Source: Acidimicrobiia bacterium
GTDB taxonomy: Bacteria > Actinomycetota > Acidimicrobiia > Acidimicrobiales > JANYDT01
DNA: 64,000 nucleotides
NCBI GenBank assembly: GCA_043720595.1
Contig: JAYSSK010000069.1
Location: 35,480 to 99,479 of the forward strand
Direction: 5' to 3'
Under the pieces are notes generated by a model. That model did no database searches and was not told the origin of the DNA. It worked only from the letters and a program-made list of their open reading frames with translations. Below, in pieces: positions 53,156-62,115 of this stretch (within the stretch, counting starts at the first letter, position 1; each line of letters begins with the position of its first letter). Both the position numbers and the translations under genes were made by a program.

Positions 53156-54316
53156 TCACCAGAGGGCAGCCAGCACAGCGAGCGCTCCGGCCTCGTCCAG
53201 CCGAGGGTCGAATCGGTTGACCAGAGAAACCACCGGTGCCGGCAACGCGTCGCGCAATGTTTTGGCCGCGGAGGTATCCCGGTCTTGTCTGGCAACGTGG
53301 TCAGCAAGGATCTCGTTCACGGCCCGCACGTGAGCTGACTTCCCTGACACTGCCGTCGGGAGGTCGTCGTAGAACGGCTCGGCCCGGTTGATGATCACAC
53401 CATCGACGGTGATTCCGGTCTGACTGATCTGTTCGGCAAAAATCACCGCCGCACAGAGGGGTTCGGTCTCGGAAGTCGTCACAAGGACCCAAGCAGTCGA
53501 GCGGTCCGTCAGAATTTCCAACGCAGCCGCAGCACGTTCCCGGAACCCCGCTTCGAGGCCATCGAAGAGCCGGAAGAATTCGATGGCATCCGAAACGACA
53601 GCCCCGCCAATGACCTGCGTGAGCGGCTTCAGCACCGCTTGCGCCGCTGCGGAAACGAATCGAAAGGCACCCTTTCCTGGAGCAATGACCAGTCGGAACA
53701 AGCTGTGGTCGAGAAATCGAACCAGGCGGCGAGGTGCCGTCACGAAGTCGAGCGCGTTCGCGGCCGGTGGAGTGTCCACTACAACGACATCGAAACGATT
53801 GTCGTGTACAAGTTGCTGGACCTTCTCGGCAGCCATGTACTCCTGGGTTCCCGACAGTGTCCCAGAAATGTTTGTGTACAGACGATTGGCCAAGATGGCT
53901 TCCGCCTGATCTGGTCGTGCGTGTGTACGGATGACGTCGTCGAAGGTTGCCTTGGTGTCCAACATGCAGGCCCAAAGTTCTCCCGTGATCGGCCGGAACG
54001 CCGGTAAGTCCATCTTGTCCGAAGGCGACTTCGGCATGGGTTGAGCTAAGGAAACGCGCTGCGGCGTGTTGTCCAGGGTCTCCAGGCCGAGGGTTTCGGC
54101 GAGACGTTTGGCGGGGTCGATGGTGATCACCACGCAACGCCTCCCGCCCTGCGCCTGAGCGAGCGCGATCGCTGACGCGAGCGTCGTTTTACCAACCCCA
54201 CCGGTCCCTGCTGTGACGATGACCCGGGCCGAGGAGAACAATGAAGACAGCTCCGCGTCGTTCCGACTAGGGCGGTGCGGCCGACCAAGACTCCCGAAAG
54301 GGTCGGTGACGGTCAT
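53156..54316 (-). CDS. ArsA/Get3-like P-loop ATPase (second of a pair)
   Basis: ORF trimmed to MTVTDPFG (ATGA overlap with the upstream gene). VIVTAGTGGVGKTTLASAIA...VVITIDPAKRL. Confidence 0.8.
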   Translation of the reverse strand: MTVTDPFGSLGRPHRPSRNDAELSSLFSSARVIVTAGTGGVGKTTLASAIALAQAQGGRRCVVITIDPAKRLAETLGLETLDNTPQRVSLAQPMPKSPSDKMDLPAFRPITGELWACMLDTKATFDDVIRTHARPDQAEAILANRLYTNISGTLSGTQEYMAAEKVQQLVHDNRFDVVVVDTPPAANALDFVTAPRRLVRFLDHSLFRLVIAPGKGAFRFVSAAAQAVLKPLTQVIGGAVVSDAIEFFRLFDGLEAGFRERAAAALEILTDRSTAWVLVTTSETEPLCAAVIFAEQISQTGITVDGVIINRAEPFYDDLPTAVSGKSAHVRAVNEILADHVARQDRDTSAAKTLRDALPAPVVSLVNRFDPRLDEAGALAVLAALW

Positions 54317-55275
54317 GAACGTGCCTCGGGAGGTGCTGCGGGGCGAAGCGTCCGACTTTGGTCCGGCCTGACCCGAGACAACCTGTCGAAGTCGATTAAC
54401 ACCTGCTGCAACGTCTGTCGTCGTTGAACAGCCGACGGATGCCACACCGCAGGGAGTTCCAACAACGGCAGCGGAAGTTCTGCACGGAGGCGCTCAAGCA
54501 TTTCGGCCTGGATGGACTCTCGCACCGCACGGTCCTCCACCAGCCGACGCAGTGGGTCGTCAAGAGCGTTGGGCTTCACTGCTCGGGCGACACAAGGCTC
54601 GACGTGGTTCACGATGACCGGTCCGAGTCGCACATGCACGCGATCTTCCAGAGCGAAGGCGGTCTCGATCGTTTCGGTGACAGGAGTCTGGTGGGGAACC
54701 GTCACCAACACGACTTGCGTGAGTACGGGGTCGGCCAGCATGGTGGCAACGTCGTCGGCTTGTTGACGGATGGCCCCAACAGATACGGAGTCACGCAGGC
54801 CGGTGGCTGTGTGGAGCATAGTGACGGCATGCCCAGAGGCAGGTCCGTCAACGACGATGAGGTCGTAATCGCCCTGGTTCACAAGCGCCTTGATCCTGCC
54901 CAGTAGCAGGATGTCCGCGATGCCCGGAACGGCCGTGGCGATGATGTCCAACGCCCCCGATCCACGGAGCTTGTCCGCGAGGCGACCGAGTCGTTTGTCG
55001 ACCAGCCAGTCGGCCAAGGCTCGGTCGGCCGTCAGCATCTGTGCGTCGAGCCGCTCGCTGAGTTGAACACGGTTCTCGGCCAACGTGTCGATGCCGAACT
55101 GAGCGCACAGCGAGGCAGGCGAGTCCAGCCCCACTAGCAAAGTACGGGCTCCAGAAGCGGCCGCGGCGGCCGCAGTGACGGCTGCCACGGTTGTTTTTCC
55201 CACGCCGCCCTTACCGGCGACGACGAGGAGTCTTGAGTCACGGAAGAATGGGGGTCGCATGCGATGTGACCACAC
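54313..55275 (-). CDS. ArsA/Get3-like P-loop ATPase (first of a pair)
   Basis: LLVVAGKGGVGKTTVAAVTA; DLIVVDGPASGH. Start is 55275 or 55260. Confidence 0.8.
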   Translation of the reverse strand: MWSHRMRPPFFRDSRLLVVAGKGGVGKTTVAAVTAAAAAASGARTLLVGLDSPASLCAQFGIDTLAENRVQLSERLDAQMLTADRALADWLVDKRLGRLADKLRGSGALDIIATAVPGIADILLLGRIKALVNQGDYDLIVVDGPASGHAVTMLHTATGLRDSVSVGAIRQQADDVATMLADPVLTQVVLVTVPHQTPVTETIETAFALEDRVHVRLGPVIVNHVEPCVARAVKPNALDDPLRRLVEDRAVRESIQAEMLERLRAELPLPLLELPAVWHPSAVQRRQTLQQVLIDFDRLSRVRPDQSRTLRPAAPPEARS

Positions 55276-55327
55276 CCTCTCAACCTCCGATCAGCCCTCC
55301 CGTTTTCAGGACCAGACCGATCGAACC

Positions 55328-56644
55328 GTGCGCGTGTGGCTGACGCGCACACTAGCCACGGTTTGCGTTGGTGCGGCAGCGTTGCTGTCCTTCTTGCCGT
55401 CTGCCGTGGCAACCGAACCGCAGCCCGGGCAAACGGAAACACCGTCGTCCTCGACGGTTTCGCCGGCCGTCGTTGACTCCGGGGACCGGCCTGAAGGTCC
55501 TTTCGTGGACATTCTGGAGGTTGAAGGGCGAATCGATCCGGTCACAGCAGACTTCGTCGTTTCATCGCTGCGCAAGGCGGCTCTCGACGGAGCACAAGCC
55601 GTGGTTATCCAACTCAACTCGCCAGGATCCTTCCTTTCCGAGTCACAAATGGCAGAGGTCACCAAGGCCATGCAGAGCCCCGGGCATGTGCCTGTGGCTG
55701 TGTGGGTTGGCCCTTCCGGAGCCCGAGCGCGCGGCCAGTCGGTCGAACTGTTGGCGGCAGCGGACTTCGTCGGTGTTGGTGGCAAGGTCGAAGTTCAGCT
55801 ACCTGGCGCCCGGCCGATGAATGCAAAGCAAGCCATTGAGGCCAAGGTGGCCGATGTTCAGGCGCCGGTCCTCGCCGACTTCATCGGGCAACTCGACGGC
55901 AAGACGCTCGCCGGTCAAATCCTCGATACCGCCGGCGATCCCACGAAACAAGCGAACGGACGAGAAATTGCGCAACTGCGAACGGTGCGGTTTCAGAGGT
56001 TGGGCCTCCTGGCGCAGCTGTTGCACAACATGGCCAACCCTGGAATCACGTTCTTGTTCCTAGCCATCGGCCTGGCGTTGGCGGTCTTTGAATTCTTTAC
56101 CGGTGGTGTGGGGGTTGCCGCGAGCGTTGCGGTGATCTGTGCCGGGCTTGGCGCGTATGGCTTGGGCGTGCTCCCCACGAGGCCGGTCGGTGCGTTTCTC
56201 GTGGTCGCTTCATTCCTGGCCTTTGCCATCGACGTGCAGGCTGGCCAACCACGCTTCTGGACAGGTGTGGCAACGGTCGGCCTTGCGGCTGGCTCGCTGC
56301 TCTTGTTTGGCACTGGCGTCTCTGTACCGCTCTGGTGGGCTGCCATTGTCGTGGTGATGATCGTGGTGTTCATGGTCGGTGGCATGCCCACGATGATCCG
56401 CACCCGGTTTGCCACGCCAACTATTGGGCGAGAGTCGATGGTTGGAGAGTTGGGAACTGCCAGAACTGACGTTTCGCCGGATGGAGTCGTGGAAGTGAAG
56501 GGTGCTCCTTGGCGGGCTCGCACGAACCGCTCGACGCCAATCGCAGCGGGTTCACCGTTGCGGGTCGCATCGATCGATGGCCTCGTGCTCGAAGTCGAGC
56601 CGCTCGAGGGTGCGGCGCGGGACCATCGTGAACGCCGTCCCTAA
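55328..56644 (+). CDS. NfeD-family membrane-bound serine protease (ClpP class)
   Basis: Start set at GTG 55328, giving signal-like RVWLTRTLATVCVGAAALLSFLPSAVA (uncertain; the ORF opens at 55175). Central multi-TM block. C-terminal OB-like VVEVKGAPWRARTN..PLRVASIDGLVLEVEP. Confidence 0.7.
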   Translation: MRVWLTRTLATVCVGAAALLSFLPSAVATEPQPGQTETPSSSTVSPAVVDSGDRPEGPFVDILEVEGRIDPVTADFVVSSLRKAALDGAQAVVIQLNSPGSFLSESQMAEVTKAMQSPGHVPVAVWVGPSGARARGQSVELLAAADFVGVGGKVEVQLPGARPMNAKQAIEAKVADVQAPVLADFIGQLDGKTLAGQILDTAGDPTKQANGREIAQLRTVRFQRLGLLAQLLHNMANPGITFLFLAIGLALAVFEFFTGGVGVAASVAVICAGLGAYGLGVLPTRPVGAFLVVASFLAFAIDVQAGQPRFWTGVATVGLAAGSLLLFGTGVSVPLWWAAIVVVMIVVFMVGGMPTMIRTRFATPTIGRESMVGELGTARTDVSPDGVVEVKGAPWRARTNRSTPIAAGSPLRVASIDGLVLEVEPLEGAARDHRERRP

Positions 56645-56680
56645 CGGTTGCTCCACCTTGGGTTGAACTGCCGTCCAGCT

Positions 56681-57355
56681 TCAGGCCAGAGTTCTGTCAA
56701 CCAGTTGCATCACCTCGAGATGAACCTGGTCTGGCGACTTTCCTTCGACATCGAGGATTACCCCATGACCGCGCTGGGCAGCGCGTTGGTACAAGCGCCT
56801 TGATGCTCGCAGCAGCGTTTCGTGGGATTCGTACACGTCTGGCATGCCCCCTGTCGCTGCAGCACGATGGGCAGCGCGTTTCATCGACGTTGCGACGCTG
56901 ATGTCGAAAAGAACGGTGAGCGCTGGGACCGGCAGGCTGAGGCGGTCCATCTCCAGCTCGAGCACCCAGTCGAATATGCCATCTGCGTCGGCGGGGTCAG
57001 TGGCTCTGGCGCCCTGGTAGACGGCGTTTGAGAGAGTCCACCGGTTGATGAGCAATACCTCGCAACTTGGCAACGCAGTCGCCACCGCGTCCCACCTGTC
57101 CATGGCGAACCACAGCGCCATCGAGCGCGGGTCGAGCGTGTCAGCTGTCGCCGCTTCCGATCCGCGCAGCAACGCACCGATTCGGGATCCGAAGAACGTG
57201 TCGTAGCGCGGGAACGAGAGGGTGCCGATCTCACTTCCGCGGTCGCGGAGTGCATCGGCAAGCAACAACGCCTGGGTGGTTTTCCCCGACGCGTCCAGGC
57301 CTTCGATCGCGATGATCGTTGGGCTTGACGGTGGGCTGGAGGATTCGAAGGTCAC
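56681..57355 (-). CDS. tmk: Thymidylate kinase
   Basis: IIAIEGLDASGKTTQALLLADAL (P-loop), LSFPRY, LINRWTLSNAVYQ. Confidence 0.8.
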   Translation of the reverse strand: MTFESSSPPSSPTIIAIEGLDASGKTTQALLLADALRDRGSEIGTLSFPRYDTFFGSRIGALLRGSEAATADTLDPRSMALWFAMDRWDAVATALPSCEVLLINRWTLSNAVYQGARATDPADADGIFDWVLELEMDRLSLPVPALTVLFDISVATSMKRAAHRAAATGGMPDVYESHETLLRASRRLYQRAAQRGHGVILDVEGKSPDQVHLEVMQLVDRTLA

Positions 57356-58290
57356 GATTCGGCGGCAGCAGCGGCTGCGATGACCCCGAGGTCCAGATTC
57401 TCGAAGCGAACGCGCAAGTCAAGGTAGGCGAACACCATGAACGCTGCGGTGAGGGCTGTGCCAAGGGCCGTACCGACCGTCCCGAGGGCGACTTGGATGG
57501 TTGTCCCGGCAGCGGATGAAGAATTGCCAACCGCCTGTGAAATCAGGGTGAATGGCATGGCGACCAGCGTCGAGATCAGTCCGCCCACAATGATGAGCGC
57601 AAGCATCGGCCAGAACCGCTGCGCAGTGAGATGCCAGCTGCGTTTCATTGCTGCGACTGCTCCAGCTCGTTCGACGACCACGGCTTGTGGGGCAACGGCG
57701 AATCGGGTCAGGGTAAAGAAAATGCCGACGCAGCAAGCCGCCAGCCCAGCGAGGTTCGCTAGGCCTGTGAGCAGGACCGCTCCGATGAGTGCAGGGGCGA
57801 GCCCAAAGACTGACCGCATGCACTGTCCAATAGGGGTTTGGCGCATCAGAATTCGGTCGGTGTAGTACGCGGTCAATACTCCTTGCACCAGCGTCGCGGT
57901 GACCAGCATCGCGATCAACGCCGGAAGTTCTCCGCTGAGCGCTCCGTTGAGACCTGAAAAGTCCAAGGTGTCGCCCGGCTTGAGATCCTTCGACTGGTCT
58001 TGAAATTTCGTCAACCAGTTCTGCAGGCTCCCGGTGCGGCGCGAGCTCAGCACCGAGACGATTTGCGATGGAACGACCAAGAGCAACGCGAACGGCAGCA
58101 CGGACCGAATGGAACGCCACCAGAGGCGAAAACCTCGGTCAAGTACGTCACCGAATTCGAGCGGAGGGGTACCAGTTCGTGGGGGTCCGGGCAACATGGG
58201 GTCGTGCCACTGCGGTTCCGGGGCCTGGAAGGGTGGTCCAGACCATTGGGGTTGCGGCGGGAAGGGTGACGGTGGGGGCTGGTCGGTCAC
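57352..58290 (-). CDS. Pro-rich N-terminus / polytopic membrane protein (GDPD-membrane-domain-like), unknown function
   Basis: Start placed at GTG 58290 (VTDQPPPSPFPPQPQW...). The upstream part of ORF 57352..58398 contains an 11-bp x3 repeat that is unlikely to be coding. About 6 TM segments. 4-nt overlap with tmk. Confidence 0.55.
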   Translation of the reverse strand: MTDQPPPSPFPPQPQWSGPPFQAPEPQWHDPMLPGPPRTGTPPLEFGDVLDRGFRLWWRSIRSVLPFALLLVVPSQIVSVLSSRRTGSLQNWLTKFQDQSKDLKPGDTLDFSGLNGALSGELPALIAMLVTATLVQGVLTAYYTDRILMRQTPIGQCMRSVFGLAPALIGAVLLTGLANLAGLAACCVGIFFTLTRFAVAPQAVVVERAGAVAAMKRSWHLTAQRFWPMLALIIVGGLISTLVAMPFTLISQAVGNSSSAAGTTIQVALGTVGTALGTALTAAFMVFAYLDLRVRFENLDLGVIAAAAAAES

Positions 58291-58483
58291 CCTGCAACCG
58301 TACCGCTGTGGCTGGCTTCGGGCTGGCTTCGGGCTGGCTTCGGGCCGCGCTAGAAAAGGAAGCAAATTCAAGAAACATGAAGCGTGGGAAGGCTTCAATT
58401 TTGTGCGCTCTCAAACTGCCCCTTGCCTTTGTGACGTACGACACGTACTTTGGCATTCTGTTCAGAACCTTGGGGGTCGAGAA

Positions 58484-58741
58484 ATGAGTTTGGCCGACGA
58501 ACTTTGGCAGCGCAAGGCTGCTTGTAAGGGCCCGCAATCAGCGATGTTCTTCCCGCCGTCGCATTTCGAGCGGAAAGAAGACAAAGAACGTCGGGAGCGT
58601 TCCGCAAAGACCATCTGTGCACAGTGCAGCGTCCTCGGGGACTGCCTGAATTATGCAATCGAGATCCGTGAGCCACACGGCATCTGGGGTGGTCTGAACG
58701 AGAACGAGCGCCGTGTACTCCTCGCACGGGTCGCTTCATAA
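58484..58741 (+). CDS. whiB: WhiB-family Fe-S transcription factor
   Basis: ORF 58034..58741 trimmed to MSLADELWQRKAACKG.....CAQCSVLGDC...HGIWGGLNENERR, giving four Cys plus the G(I/V)WGG turn. Confidence 0.9.
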   Translation: MSLADELWQRKAACKGPQSAMFFPPSHFERKEDKERRERSAKTICAQCSVLGDCLNYAIEIREPHGIWGGLNENERRVLLARVAS

Positions 58742-58859
58742 GTCCCTTCGGTAGCTTTTCGCGCACGCTTCTCGGCTCCGCAGGATCTCCGTCAGGGCCG
58801 GAGATCTTGTAGCAAGGTGCCAAGACGCCGCCATTGGGGGCACCTAAGGTTGTGTCCTT

Positions 58860-60068
58860 ATGACAGGTGGCTCGGGCTTCAACACAGACGTCGTCGTGGT
58901 CGGCGGGTGCGGCCATGTCGGGCTTCCACTCGCAATTGCCTTCGCTGACCGTGGGTTGCGTACGGTGTCGTTTGACATCAACCCGGACTCTGTTGCGCTC
59001 GTCAACGAGGGTTTGTTGCCGTTCGACGAACCCGATGCAGGTCCGGTCATCCAACGGGTGGTGGAGAGCTCGATGTTCAGGGCATCGACCGACCCTGCTG
59101 TCATCTCCGATGCGGCCCATGTCGTGGTCGTCATCGGAACTCCTGTCGACGAGCACCTCAACCCCGACGCCCGCGCCGTACCCGACGCCGTTGCAGCTGT
59201 GCACCAGCATCTCCGCCCGGGCCAGCTGCTGGTGTTGCGGTCCACGGTGTACCCGGGTGTGACGGCCTTGGTCGAGCAGGGTCTTGCCCGTGCCGGCCTC
59301 GCCAAGGTCGAGGTGGCCTTCTGCCCCGAGCGCATCGCCGAGGGCAAAGCAATGACCGAGCTGTTCGAACTTCCCCAAATCGTCAGCGCCCGCACCGATG
59401 CTGCGCTGGCCAGGGCCGAGAAACTCTTCCGCCACCTCACAGCGTCCACCGTGCAGGTCACTCCTGAAGAGGCCGAGTTGGCGAAGCTGTTCACCAACAC
59501 GTGGCGGTACATCAAGTTTGCGGCGGCCAACCAGTTGTTCATGATGGCCAACGACTTCGGCCTGGACTTCGAACGCATCCGTCACGCAATCACGTTCGAC
59601 TATCCGCGTGCAGCAGACATGCCCGGGCCTGGCTTCGCAGCTGGTCCGTGCTTGTTCAAGGACACCATGCAGTTGGCGGCATTCAACGACAACAAGTTCG
59701 TGCTCGGCCACTCGGCGATGCTCGTCAACGAAGGACTCCCGCTCTATGTGGTGTCGCGTATGGCTGCGCGCTTCGACATCGCCAACATGACCGTTGGCAT
59801 TCTTGGAATGGCGTTCAAGGGCGAGTCCGACGACACCCGCTCCTCGCTGTCGTACAAGCTGAAGCGCATTCTTCGGTTTCGGGCCGCAAACGTGTTGTGT
59901 GCCGACCCATATGTGCGCACCGACGCAGATCTGGTCGACGAAGCCGAGTTGCTCGAGCGGAGCGATGTCGTCGTTATCGGAGCACCGCATCGCCGCTACC
60001 GCACTCTTGGTGCCATGCAACCTGTGATTGATATCTGGAACGTCACCGGCAACGGCGTGCAGATCTGA
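58860..60068 (+). CDS. Nucleotide-sugar dehydrogenase (UDP-glucose/GDP-mannose dehydrogenase family)
   Basis: VVVVGGCGHVGLPLAIAFADRG (Rossmann), AAGPCLFKDT (catalytic Cys), ILGMAFKGESDDTR. Confidence 0.8.
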   Translation: MTGGSGFNTDVVVVGGCGHVGLPLAIAFADRGLRTVSFDINPDSVALVNEGLLPFDEPDAGPVIQRVVESSMFRASTDPAVISDAAHVVVVIGTPVDEHLNPDARAVPDAVAAVHQHLRPGQLLVLRSTVYPGVTALVEQGLARAGLAKVEVAFCPERIAEGKAMTELFELPQIVSARTDAALARAEKLFRHLTASTVQVTPEEAELAKLFTNTWRYIKFAAANQLFMMANDFGLDFERIRHAITFDYPRAADMPGPGFAAGPCLFKDTMQLAAFNDNKFVLGHSAMLVNEGLPLYVVSRMAARFDIANMTVGILGMAFKGESDDTRSSLSYKLKRILRFRAANVLCADPYVRTDADLVDEAELLERSDVVVIGAPHRRYRTLGAMQPVIDIWNVTGNGVQI

Positions 60069-60121
60069 GCCGTCATGCGCCCAGTCAGCCAACACTCAAT
60101 CCAGACCGTTTGCTCGCACCC

Positions 60122-60952
60122 ATGACCTACCTCCACCGCCGTTCCTCCGATCCAACGCTGACGGAGGACCCCGCTGACCAGGCCCCGCGGGTTTCCATCG
60201 TCGTGACGGTTTATAACGAGGGCGATTCCGTTGTGGAGTGCCTCGACCGCATCTTCGAAGCCGTTCGGCTCCCGTGCGAAGTCATCGTGGTCTACGACTC
60301 GGCCGACGACACCACCGCGCCCTTCGTCGAGTCCTACGCGCAACGAGACCCGCGGGTGCGTCCTACGCTCAACACCCTTGGCCGTGGACCGGCGAAAGCT
60401 ATTCGGTTTGGGTTCGGAGTTGCGACGGCACCAGTAATGGTGGTCACCATGGCCGACGGTTGCGATGACCCCGCTCAGATCGACTCGTTGGTGAAGCTGG
60501 TGGAGCGCGGGGTGGTGATTGCTTCGGCGTCGCGGTACATGCGCGGCGGGCAGCAGGTGGGTGGACCTTGGTTCAAACAGGCGTTGTCTCGCACCGCTGG
60601 GCGATCGTTGGCCACGTTCGCCAGGGTCGGCACCAACGACGCCACCAACTCGTTCAAGGCCTATAACACCCAGTTCGTGCGCCAGGTAGGCATCGAGTCC
60701 GACTCTGGTTTCGAAGTTGCGCTCGAGTTGGTCGCCAAGGCCCGCCGCTACCGCCAACCGGTGGCAGAAATCCCAACCATCTGGCTCGACCGAACCTTTG
60801 GCGAGTCCAACTTCAAGTTGGCCAAGTGGTTGCCGAAGTATCTGCGCTGGTACCGATACGCGTACGGCCCCGCTCTGACCCTGCCTGCACTTGCGACGGC
60901 TTCCTTGAGTGCAGAAATCGCTTCAACTCTCCCCCATAGTTCCCCGAGGTAG
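60122..60952 (+). CDS. Glycosyltransferase family 2 (polyprenol-phosphate glycosyltransferase-like)
   Basis: VSIVVTVYNEGDSV...VIVVYDSADDTT...TMADGCDDP. Start is ATG 60122 (TTG 60110 also possible). Confidence 0.75.
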   Translation: MTYLHRRSSDPTLTEDPADQAPRVSIVVTVYNEGDSVVECLDRIFEAVRLPCEVIVVYDSADDTTAPFVESYAQRDPRVRPTLNTLGRGPAKAIRFGFGVATAPVMVVTMADGCDDPAQIDSLVKLVERGVVIASASRYMRGGQQVGGPWFKQALSRTAGRSLATFARVGTNDATNSFKAYNTQFVRQVGIESDSGFEVALELVAKARRYRQPVAEIPTIWLDRTFGESNFKLAKWLPKYLRWYRYAYGPALTLPALATASLSAEIASTLPHSSPR

Positions 60953-60954
60953 TC

Positions 60955-61989
60955 ATGTCTTACACAGTGCTCGTTTCCGGTTCGGCCGGCTTCATCGGCG
61001 GATACGTCGTCGAGGAGTTGCTGGGTCGCGGTCACACCGTCATCGGCATCGACAACTATTCGAAGTATGGGCAGGTCACTAAGAGCTACGACGACCATCC
61101 CAATTACAAGTTCGTCAAAGGCGAATGTACCGATGTTGGCCTAATGACCGAGCTGGCCAGCCAGTGTGACCACTTCATCGCTGGGGCGGCACTCATTGGC
61201 GGTATTTCGTACTTTCATGCGTATGCATACGATCTGCTCGCCACCAACGAGCGCATCATGGCCGCGTCGTGTGATGCGGCACTCAAGGCGTACGCAGGCG
61301 GTACCGGCAAGTTGCAGAAGGTGACATACCTGTCGTCCTCGATGGTGTTCGAGTCAACCGAGCACTGGCCATCGGTCGAGGGAGACGAGCGCAAGGTTGC
61401 TCCACCGTTGTCGTCGTATGGCTTCCAGAAGCTGGCTGTCGAGTACTTCGCCCGTTCGGCGCATCAGCAGTACGGCCTGCCCTTCACCATCGTCCGTCCG
61501 TTCAACTGCGTTGGCATCGGCGAGAGCCGTGCCAAGGGCGAACATGAAGTGATGTCCGGCAACGTGCAGTTGGCTATGAGCCATGTGGTGCCAGACCTCG
61601 TTCAGAAAGTTGTGAAGGGTCAAGACCCCTTGCACATCCTGGGCGACGGTTCGCAGGTTCGTCACTACACATACGGTGGAGACTTGGCCAAGGGAATCGC
61701 CGTGTGCATGGAACACCCCGCTGCACTGAACGAAGACTTCAACATATCGACCGCCGAAGGCACCACAGTCCGAGACCTCGCCGAGGTCATCTGGCGCAAG
61801 ATCAAAGGCCATGAGGTTCCGTTGTCGCTGGTGAGCGACGAGGCTTACACCTACGACGTTCAGAAGCGCGTGCCATCGGTCGAGAAGGCAAAAAACGTGC
61901 TCGGCTTCGAAGCCACTACGTCGCTGGAAACCATGCTTGACGAGGTCATCCCCTGGATCGTCGACGCGGTAAAGGCCGGCAGCATCTAA
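60955..61989 (+). CDS. NAD-dependent nucleotide-sugar epimerase/dehydratase (extended SDR)
   Basis: VLVSGSAGFIGGYVVEELLGRGHTVIGIDN; SSYGFQKLAVEY (YxxxK). Confidence 0.8.
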   Translation: MSYTVLVSGSAGFIGGYVVEELLGRGHTVIGIDNYSKYGQVTKSYDDHPNYKFVKGECTDVGLMTELASQCDHFIAGAALIGGISYFHAYAYDLLATNERIMAASCDAALKAYAGGTGKLQKVTYLSSSMVFESTEHWPSVEGDERKVAPPLSSYGFQKLAVEYFARSAHQQYGLPFTIVRPFNCVGIGESRAKGEHEVMSGNVQLAMSHVVPDLVQKVVKGQDPLHILGDGSQVRHYTYGGDLAKGIAVCMEHPAALNEDFNISTAEGTTVRDLAEVIWRKIKGHEVPLSLVSDEAYTYDVQKRVPSVEKAKNVLGFEATTSLETMLDEVIPWIVDAVKAGSI

Positions 61990-62115
61990 GCCACACAACT
62001 TGCCCCCGTCATACGCGCAACTTGGCACTTTTGAGCAAAAAATCGGCCCGGAATCGCCAAGTTGTGTCAGAAATCGGTTCAAGTTGCGCGTATCGAACCA
62101 GCCGAGCCCGAAGGG

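Noticed and set aside
58395-60095. 566-aa minus-strand ORF.
   Set aside because: It is antisense to whiB and the nucleotide-sugar dehydrogenase (Rossmann motif and catalytic Cys are on the plus strand), so I treat it as a shadow ORF.
61990-62115. Possible tRNA-Sec (selC) next to selB.
   Set aside because: Hand-folding found no acceptor or T-arm pairing and no UCA anticodon loop context on either strand.
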